From Candidatus Sulfobium sp. (GTDB lineage: Bacteria; Nitrospirota; Thermodesulfovibrionia; Thermodesulfovibrionales; UBA6898), in assembly GCA_037380845.1 (NCBI GenBank), contig JARRRI010000034.1, positions 1 to 15,826 of the forward strand: a stretch of DNA of 15,826 bases, in the 5' to 3' direction. Position numbers and translations under genes: made by a program. The notes beneath the pieces are model-generated. The model was not told the origin of the DNA. It did not search any database and worked only from the letters and a program-made list of their open reading frames with translations. Positions within the stretch are counted from its first letter, which is position 1, and the number at the start of each line of letters is the position of its first letter. This document shows, one piece after another, positions 10,261 to 15,826 of this stretch.

Positions 10261-11271
10261 ATGGTGATGATATTCAAAATGACGGTGTTTTTTCTTTTTT
10301 CCGCCGCCGGATACCTGTTGGGTCTTCAATATGGAAACGGAATCCTTGGGATAGTATGTGGAATGATTTTGGGAATTATCACTACTTATGCCGACAGCGC
10401 CCTGAAAAAAGTCAATTTCGGGACGATTATCGGCGGAATAGCGGGATTGGCGGCAGGGCTGGTTTTCGCGGAGCTCTTCCTTGTCCCGATCAGACTTCTC
10501 ATCGGAGCTGAAATACCGGCTGTTTCATTTGTCCTGAAAGGTGTCTTCGGTTACGGCGGTCTTCTGATCGGATTGAGTCGGGGGAAGAGCATCACCGTCC
10601 ACGGTATTTTCAGACTTCTTCAGGGAAACGGCTTTGAAGAGAACCTCAAGATTCTGGATACAAGCGTCATCATCGACGGACGGATCGCGGATGTGTGCGA
10701 GGCCGGCTTCATCGAAGGGACCTTTATCGTCCCGCAGTTCATCCTGCAGGAACTACAGTATATCGCCGATTCGCAGGATGCGACAAAGAGGGCCCGGGGG
10801 AGAAGGGGGCTCGATGTACTGCACCGGATCCAAAAGATGTCGAATATAAACGTCAGGATAATCGACGAGGATTTTCCGAAGATCAGGGAGGTCGATTCGA
10901 AGCTGGTAGCACTGGGCAAAATGATGAATGCCAAGGTAATAACGAACGATTTTAATCTTAATAAGGTTGCCCAGCTTCAGGGGGTTTCGGTCCTGAATAT
11001 AAATGAACTCGCCAATTCGCTGAAGCCCGTCGTCCTTCCCGGTGAGACTATGAGGGTCTTTGTCCTCAAGGAGGGGAAGGAGTACAATCAGGGGGTCGCA
11101 TATCTCGACGACGGCACGATGGTGGTGGTAGAGAACGGTCGGAAAATAATAGGCAAAAACGCGGAGGTGATCGTTACCAGCGTGCTCCAGACCACTGCCG
11201 GCAGGATGATATTTTCGAAGCCGAAGGAAGAATCCGAGAAGGAGGAATTCAGGACGGTCGGCAAGGGGTAG
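10261..11271 (+). CDS. yacL: Membrane-bound PIN/TRAM domain protein (YacL family, putative RNase)
   Basis: About four N-terminal TM helices; PIN motifs ILDTSVIIDGRI, ELQYIADS, RGRRGLDVL and TNDFNLNKVA; TRAM GKEYNQGVAYLDDGTMVVVENG. Start ATG 10261 follows the strong SD AAAGGAGGTGA. Confidence 0.93.
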   Translation: MVMIFKMTVFFLFSAAGYLLGLQYGNGILGIVCGMILGIITTYADSALKKVNFGTIIGGIAGLAAGLVFAELFLVPIRLLIGAEIPAVSFVLKGVFGYGGLLIGLSRGKSITVHGIFRLLQGNGFEENLKILDTSVIIDGRIADVCEAGFIEGTFIVPQFILQELQYIADSQDATKRARGRRGLDVLHRIQKMSNINVRIIDEDFPKIREVDSKLVALGKMMNAKVITNDFNLNKVAQLQGVSVLNINELANSLKPVVLPGETMRVFVLKEGKEYNQGVAYLDDGTMVVVENGRKIIGKNAEVIVTSVLQTTAGRMIFSKPKEESEKEEFRTVGKG

Positions 11272-11337
11272 GGCGGCAATCCTGCTGAACCGGGAAGGTG
11301 AGGCTAACGCTGCGAAACGGCCCGGCAGGAATACCGG

Positions 11338-11468
11338 AAAAGTCTTGTAATGACGCCGCTATCCTGATTTATCTTTCACGTAAATGCAGCTATAAGCTGT
11401 CGTGACTTTCCAAAAATGGCTGGCAGGCCCGTTTGCAGGACAATAAGGTGTCGCTGCAAGACATTTTT
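11338..11468 (+). ncRNA. Candidate structured RNA or attenuator leader upstream of ispD
   Basis: GTCTTGTAATGACGCC (11342-11357) pairs with GGTGTCGCTGCAAGAC (11447-11462) over 16 positions with 3 G.U and 1 mismatch; nested TCCTG/CAGGA, TCACG/CGTGA and GCAGCT-ata-AGCTGT stems. Confidence 0.4.
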
Positions 11469-11472
11469 GCTG

Positions 11473-11502
11473 TCCCTGCCCGGACTTGGCGGGGATTTTA
11501 TT
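11473..11502 (+). terminator. Intrinsic terminator-like hairpin about 30 nt upstream of ispD
   Basis: TCCCTGCC-cggactt-GGCGGGGA followed by TTTTATT. Confidence 0.55.
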
Positions 11503-11533
11503 AATGCAGGGCTTATATGCGCGAGGTGAAGGG

Positions 11534-12232
11534 GTGAGAGAGAGAGTAACAGCCATCGTCCCTGCCGCGGGAGTGGGCAAGAGATTCGGAGACGGCACAA
11601 ACAAACCTTTCGAGATGCTGGGCGACAGGCCCCTTTTACTGTGGGCGGTGGAAACACTCGGCAGCCTGGAGGAGATTACGGAGATCATACCGGTCGTCAA
11701 GGAAGATCACATGGAATTTGTCGCCGAATTGTTTGAGCGCTACAATGTCCGGAAGGTGAAGCGGGTGGCGCCGGGCGGCCGGGAAAGGCAGGAATCGGTA
11801 CTCCACGGGCTCAATCTGGTCGAAGACAGTAAGTCTTTTGTGCTCGTACACGACGGCGTAAGGCCGCTCATAGAGCCGCATATTGTTCTTTATGCATTGA
11901 GGGAGCTGAAGAATTGCGACGGTGTTGTGGTGGGAGTTCCCGCGAAAGATACGATCAAGGAAGTCACGGACGGTTTTGTCACGAGGACCCTGCGGCGTGA
12001 TGTCCTCTGGGCGGTGCAAACGCCCCAGGTGTTCCGCTATGGGACGCTCCGGCAGGCCTATGAAAAAGCGGCCGTTGAGGGCTTTTCTTCGACTGATGAT
12101 TCCGCGCTCGTCGAGCGCTACGGGGGCAGGGTGAAGGTGGTCATGGGTTCCTACGCTAACATCAAGATTACGACTCCCGGAGACCTGAGCATCGCCGAGC
12201 AGTTCCTCAGGATGAGAGTGAAAAAGGCATGA
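11534..12232 (+). CDS. ispD: 2-C-methyl-D-erythritol 4-phosphate cytidylyltransferase
   Basis: AIVPAAGVGKRFG..NKPF, GGRERQESV, LVHDGVRPL, VQTPQVF, TDDSALVE and NIKITTPGDL. Start GTG 11534 follows SD GAGGTG; the ORF-track start at 11486 lies inside the terminator hairpin. Confidence 0.96.
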   Translation: MRERVTAIVPAAGVGKRFGDGTNKPFEMLGDRPLLLWAVETLGSLEEITEIIPVVKEDHMEFVAELFERYNVRKVKRVAPGGRERQESVLHGLNLVEDSKSFVLVHDGVRPLIEPHIVLYALRELKNCDGVVVGVPAKDTIKEVTDGFVTRTLRRDVLWAVQTPQVFRYGTLRQAYEKAAVEGFSSTDDSALVERYGGRVKVVMGSYANIKITTPGDLSIAEQFLRMRVKKA

Positions 12233-12699
12233 GGGTGGGTTTTGGATATGACTCCCACCGGTTTGCCGGCGGGAGGAGACTCGTCATAGGAGGAGTGGAA
12301 ATCCCTCACGAAACAGGCCTGCTGGGCCATTCCGACGCGGATGTGTTGTGCCACGCCATAACCGATGCCGTCCTGGGCGCCCTTGGGCTTGGAGACATCG
12401 GAAAGCATTTCCCCGACTCCGATCCGAAATGGAAGGACGCCGCGAGTACCGGACTTCTTAAGACCTCGGTAGATCTGGCAAGGACCACTGGTTATGCCAT
12501 AAGCTGGGTGGATTCGACTGTCGTTGCAGAGAGTCCCCGGCTTGCGCCATACATAGAGCAAATGAAAACCGCGCTTTCACAGGCCGGCATTGAACAGGGG
12601 GCGATAAACATAAAGGCGAAGACAAACGAGGGGATGGGCTTTATAGGCAGGGGTGAAGGCATCGCGGCCTTCGCGGTATGCGTGCTGAGCCGGGTCTGA
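12229..12699 (+). CDS. ispF: 2-C-methyl-D-erythritol 2,4-cyclodiphosphate synthase
   Basis: MRVGFGYDSHRF, GHSDADVLCHAITDAVLGA, GDIGKHFPD and IKAKTNEGMGFIGRGEGIAA; ATGA overlap with ispD. Confidence 0.97.
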   Translation: MRVGFGYDSHRFAGGRRLVIGGVEIPHETGLLGHSDADVLCHAITDAVLGALGLGDIGKHFPDSDPKWKDAASTGLLKTSVDLARTTGYAISWVDSTVVAESPRLAPYIEQMKTALSQAGIEQGAINIKAKTNEGMGFIGRGEGIAAFAVCVLSRV

Positions 12700-12703
12700 G
12701 ACT

Positions 12704-12730
12704 AGCTCTTTTATAAGAGCTTTCCTTTAT
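12704..12730 (+). terminator. Putative intrinsic terminator of ispDF
   Basis: AGCTCTT-ttat-AAGAGCT followed by TTCCTTTAT, 4 nt after the ispF stop; the stem is AT-rich and weak. Confidence 0.45.
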
Positions 12731-12911
12731 CTGAAAAGCTCCTAAAGCAGGGTAGAATGACAGGAGATTCGATTGCAACTTTACGTCGAATGAGGACAGT
12801 TTCTCCACCCCCGCAGGCCCGGTGATATTTGGCGGCGCGGGAAGCGGCATGGTCACTGTAGAGAATCTGATTATAGAATGATAGGCTGGGTCTTTAAGAA
12901 GTAAGTTGAAA

Positions 12912-13325
12912 TCAGGAGGTTTCTGAATTCTTCAGTATCTCCTCTATCGCCTCTTCCGCAATCATCCTCACATTGAGATTTTCATCCGTCAGCGCTTTTT
13001 CAAGGAAAGGGATTACACCCTCGCTACCGGCGATCCCCAGGAGATTAGCGGCATCGCCCCGCACAGAGTCTTCCTTGTGTTCAAGAAGCGGCACTAAAGG
13101 CGCAACGGCCCTGAAAATATTGTTGCCGTCCCTCACTTTCAGCTCCTCCATCATGGCCGTCACCCCCACCCGCACCCTTACCCTCTCATCCTGAATCAAT
13201 TCACCCACGAGGCCGTAAAGGTTGCTGTCATGACGGAACATGTCGATTATATTTTCGAGAAAGCCGGCCTCCATGTGGTCTGCGATCAGCGACCTGAGGT
13301 CATAGCTGCGTTCCGCTTCAGTCAT
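12912..13325 (-). CDS. HEAT-repeat (PBS-lyase-like) small helical protein
   Basis: Three HEAT-like units: LIQDERVRVRVGVTAMM, LLEHKEDSVRGDAANLLG and ALTDENLNVRMIAEEAI. Start placed at ATG 13325, 8 nt below an extended -10. Confidence 0.8.
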   Translation of the reverse strand: MTEAERSYDLRSLIADHMEAGFLENIIDMFRHDSNLYGLVGELIQDERVRVRVGVTAMMEELKVRDGNNIFRAVAPLVPLLEHKEDSVRGDAANLLGIAGSEGVIPFLEKALTDENLNVRMIAEEAIEEILKNSETS

Positions 13326-13333
13326 ATACTTTA

Positions 13334-13342
13334 ATGATAACA
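13334..13342 (-). promoter_or_regulatory. Putative extended -10 promoter for the HEAT gene
   Basis: On the - strand: TG-T-TATCAT, 8 nt, then ATG; no SD. Confidence 0.5.
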
Positions 13343-13543
13343 CGGGTGAAGTGTGCCGAGGTGTACCGGACCTGGACAGTTTTTCGAATTGCCGGCCGCG
13401 CTATCGGAATGTCGTTTGTCGTAATTCGGGCCGTAACGGCCCTCCGTGGAGACTCACTACGAGATCCCGACTGCCGAGGGTATTCGGGAGTGCGGAGTGA
13501 CGGCGTTTCAGCCGATCTGGCAATATACCAGCCTCCTTTGTTG

Positions 13544-13549
13544 TATAAT
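13544..13549 (+). promoter_or_regulatory. Consensus -10 box for cysE-cysS-rlmB
   Basis: TATAAT 13 nt upstream of ATG 13563; no SD; no clear -35. Confidence 0.5.
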
Positions 13550-13562
13550 AAGCATTAAATCA

Positions 13563-15689
13563 ATGGGTTTCTGGGGGAACATAAGGCGGGACTACAGGGC
13601 TGTTTTCGAGAGAGACCCTGCCGCCAGAAGCGCTCTGGAAGTTTTTCTGGCGTATCCGGGTTTTCATGCCATATGCATGCACAGGGTCAACCATGTGCTC
13701 TGGAAAGCCCGGATTCCGGCGCTGCCGAGGCTCTTCTCTCATCTGGCGCGCTTCCTGACCGGAATTGAGATCCATCCGGCGGCCAGGATCGGGCCGGGTT
13801 TTTTTGTCGACCACGGGATGGGGACGGTTATAGGGGAGACGGCCGAAACTGGAACGGATTGCCTGCTTTACCAGGGGGTTACGCTCGGGGGAACGGGAAA
13901 GGAGAAGGGAAAGCGCCATCCCACGCTCGGAAACAATGTCGTGGTGGGTGCCGGCGCGAAAATCCTTGGGGCCATAACGATCGGCAATAATGTTATTATA
14001 GGTGCCAATTCGGTGGTCCTGAAGCCTGTCCCGGACAATGCCATCTGTGTCGGAGTTCCGGGCAGGATCACCAAAAAGAAGATAATCAGGATGACGACCG
14101 AAGAGGGGTTGGTGGAGGTAATGGACCATTTTCCCGACCCCACTACCGAAAAAATTATGGAATTGGAGGCCAGACTCAACGAGGCGGTCAAGAGGCTTGA
14201 TGCCGTTGAAAGGACCGGGGGAAGAGGAGGACGGATGAGAATATATAATACCCTTACCGGAAGGAAGGACGAATTTGTCCCCACGGACCCTTCGCATGTC
14301 AGGATGTATTCCTGCGGCATTACCGCATATGATCACTGCCACATCGGACACGCCCGGAGCGCCATCGTATTCGATGTGATGCGGAGATACATAAAATTCA
14401 AGGGCTACAACGTCCTTTATGTGAGAAATTTTACCGACATCGACGATAAGATCATCAACAGGGCCGGGCAGGAAGGTATTGCCTGGGACGCCGTGGCCCG
14501 GAAATATATAGACGAGTATTACGACGATATGGACAACCTGGGCGTCGGCAGGGCGGATGTCGAGCCCAGGGCCACGGAATACATACAGGAGATGATCGAC
14601 CTCGTGAAGGGGCTGGTCGAAAAGGGGTTCGCATACGAAGTGGACGGGAATGTCTTTTTCGAGGTTGCGAAGTTTTCCGGATACGGCAAACTCTCAAAGA
14701 GAGATCTCAATGAGATGATGGCGGGGGCCCGGGTCGGGGTCGACGAGAGGAAGAGAAACCCGATGGACTTTGCCCTCTGGAAGGCGTCCAAAGAAGGCGA
14801 GCCGGCATGGGAAAGTCCCTGGGGACCCGGAAGGCCCGGCTGGCATATCGAGTGCTCGGCCATGTCCCTGAAGCAGCTGGGGGAGACCTTCGATATCCAC
14901 GGCGGGGGCGCAGACCTTATCTTCCCCCATCATGAAAATGAGATTGCCCAGTCGGAAGCCTTTACGGGGAAGCCGTTCGTAAACTACTGGGTACACAACG
15001 GGTTTATTACCGTCGACAAGGAGAAGATGTCGAAGTCACTCGGCAATTTCTTTACCATCAAGGAGATACTGAACAAGTTTGACGCCGAGGTGGTCCGCTT
15101 CTTCCTCCTCTCAACACATTACAGGAGCCCCATTGAATTTTCGGATGAGCAGCTGCGCGAGGCCGAGGCGTCCATCGACAGATATTATGCAACCAGGGCG
15201 AGGATGACGGACATCCTGTCGCGTGATAACCGGGCAGAAAAACAGGTCCCGGAGGAAAAGGCCCTCGAAGGGTTGCTCCAGACTTTTTATCCCGGCTTCT
15301 CTGAAGCCATGGACGACGATTTTAATACCGCCCTGGCCATTGGCCATATCTTCGAGCTGATACGGGTGCTGAACAAGTATATGGACGGGGGACCTTCCGG
15401 AAAGAAGACCGTCGAACTGTTGCGGAAGTCGGGTGAAGCACTGGAAAGGGCGGGCGGCGTACTTAACATCTTTCGGCGCACACCGGAAGAGTGGCAGCGG
15501 GCCCTCATGAAGACGAGAAAAATCGGGTTAAGCGAGGAAGACATTATCTACAAAATAGAGGAGCGGCGGAAGGCAAGGGAGGCGAAGGACTGGGCTTCGG
15601 CCGACAGAATAAGAAACGAACTCGAGGAAAAAGGGATCATTCTTGAAGACAAGAAGAGCGGAACCGGGTGGAAAGTCAAGACCCCATGA
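13563..15689 (+). CDS. cysE-cysS: Fused serine O-acetyltransferase (CysE, aa 1-224) and cysteine--tRNA ligase (CysS), 708 aa as sequenced
   Basis: CysE motifs [55 protein letters not shown] and VGVPGR. No stop before CysS motifs [52 protein letters not shown] and KMSKS. The ORF-track start 13446 lies upstream of the TATAAT box and was rejected. Confidence 0.9.
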   Translation: MGFWGNIRRDYRAVFERDPAARSALEVFLAYPGFHAICMHRVNHVLWKARIPALPRLFSHLARFLTGIEIHPAARIGPGFFVDHGMGTVIGETAETGTDCLLYQGVTLGGTGKEKGKRHPTLGNNVVVGAGAKILGAITIGNNVIIGANSVVLKPVPDNAICVGVPGRITKKKIIRMTTEEGLVEVMDHFPDPTTEKIMELEARLNEAVKRLDAVERTGGRGGRMRIYNTLTGRKDEFVPTDPSHVRMYSCGITAYDHCHIGHARSAIVFDVMRRYIKFKGYNVLYVRNFTDIDDKIINRAGQEGIAWDAVARKYIDEYYDDMDNLGVGRADVEPRATEYIQEMIDLVKGLVEKGFAYEVDGNVFFEVAKFSGYGKLSKRDLNEMMAGARVGVDERKRNPMDFALWKASKEGEPAWESPWGPGRPGWHIECSAMSLKQLGETFDIHGGGADLIFPHHENEIAQSEAFTGKPFVNYWVHNGFITVDKEKMSKSLGNFFTIKEILNKFDAEVVRFFLLSTHYRSPIEFSDEQLREAEASIDRYYATRARMTDILSRDNRAEKQVPEEKALEGLLQTFYPGFSEAMDDDFNTALAIGHIFELIRVLNKYMDGGPSGKKTVELLRKSGEALERAGGVLNIFRRTPEEWQRALMKTRKIGLSEEDIIYKIEERRKAREAKDWASADRIRNELEEKGIILEDKKSGTGWKVKTP
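14235..15689 (+). CDS. cysS: Cysteine--tRNA ligase, probable internal in-frame translation start (484 aa)
   Basis: SD GAGGAGG at 14224-14230 followed by ATG 14235, which gives the canonical CysRS N-terminus [14 protein letters not shown]. Confidence 0.8.
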   Translation: MRIYNTLTGRKDEFVPTDPSHVRMYSCGITAYDHCHIGHARSAIVFDVMRRYIKFKGYNVLYVRNFTDIDDKIINRAGQEGIAWDAVARKYIDEYYDDMDNLGVGRADVEPRATEYIQEMIDLVKGLVEKGFAYEVDGNVFFEVAKFSGYGKLSKRDLNEMMAGARVGVDERKRNPMDFALWKASKEGEPAWESPWGPGRPGWHIECSAMSLKQLGETFDIHGGGADLIFPHHENEIAQSEAFTGKPFVNYWVHNGFITVDKEKMSKSLGNFFTIKEILNKFDAEVVRFFLLSTHYRSPIEFSDEQLREAEASIDRYYATRARMTDILSRDNRAEKQVPEEKALEGLLQTFYPGFSEAMDDDFNTALAIGHIFELIRVLNKYMDGGPSGKKTVELLRKSGEALERAGGVLNIFRRTPEEWQRALMKTRKIGLSEEDIIYKIEERRKAREAKDWASADRIRNELEEKGIILEDKKSGTGWKVKTP

Positions 15690-15826
15690 AGAATGGATTT
15701 ACGGTCTGAACCCTGTCCTTGAAGCGATACGGTCGGGACGAAAAATAAAGTCGGTCGTAATATCCACATCGAGAAAAGAAAAAGTCCCGGAGATTGAAGG
15801 GGAAAGCGCGTTTCGCGGAATACCCG
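15643..15826 (+). CDS. rlmB: 23S rRNA (guanosine-2'-O)-methyltransferase RlmB/TrmH family, 5' part, truncated by the window end
   Basis: The frame at 15688 reads [26 protein letters not shown].., matching the IYGxNPVxEA N-terminus of RlmB; rlmB commonly follows cysS. The only in-frame start after TAA 15610-15612 is TTG 15643, preceded by AAGGGA. Confidence 0.75.
   Translation, partial: MKTRRAEPGGKSRPHEEWIYGLNPVLEAIRSGRKIKSVVISTSRKEKVPEIEGESAFRGIP

Noticed and set aside
11295..11335. Resemblance of GGCTAACGCTGCGAAACGGC to the c-di-GMP-I riboswitch P2 region
   Set aside because: The downstream GACGCAAAGC-like consensus and the P3 stem are missing.
12755..12881. Protein-like open stretch (..FSTPAGPVIFGGAGSGMVTVENLIIE*) and a 22-codon ORF after ispF
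   Set aside because: No convincing start or SD and no recognisable family; it cannot be called a gene or pseudogene without a homology search.
13446..13562. N-terminal extension of the 747-aa ORF
   Set aside because: It does not resemble CysE and spans the TATAAT box; ATG 13563 gives a typical CysE start.
13345..13562. T-box riboswitch upstream of cysE-cysS
   Set aside because: No GGTGGnACCGCG T-box motif and no terminator before cysE.

Overview
This is a gene-dense bacterial housekeeping window of moderately high GC. The lineage may be Nitrospirota or deltaproteobacteria-like, which is an inference only. In order it holds an MltD-like lytic transglycosylase (+); a minus-strand block of class-V aminotransferase and serA, purA with a PilZ/Zn-ribbon protein and comF, and a PHP hydrolase with a YfgM-like TPR protein; then degP, a PIN/TRAM yacL-like gene and ispD-ispF (+); a HEAT-repeat gene (-); one uninterrupted ORF fusing serine acetyltransferase (CysE) to cysteinyl-tRNA synthetase (CysS); and the 5' end of rlmB. 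I found no transposases, integrases, CRISPR arrays, tRNAs or rRNAs. The most interesting signals are (1) the CysE-CysS fusion, which keeps an internal SD plus ATG and a G5 run whose +1 slip would stop CysE exactly on the cysS ATG; (2) a long G.U-rich stem-loop with a terminator/antiterminator pair upstream of ispD-ispF; (3) a PilZ-zinc-ribbon protein coupled between purA and comF; (4) a second folded intergenic element between serA and purA; and (5) several apparently leaderless genes.
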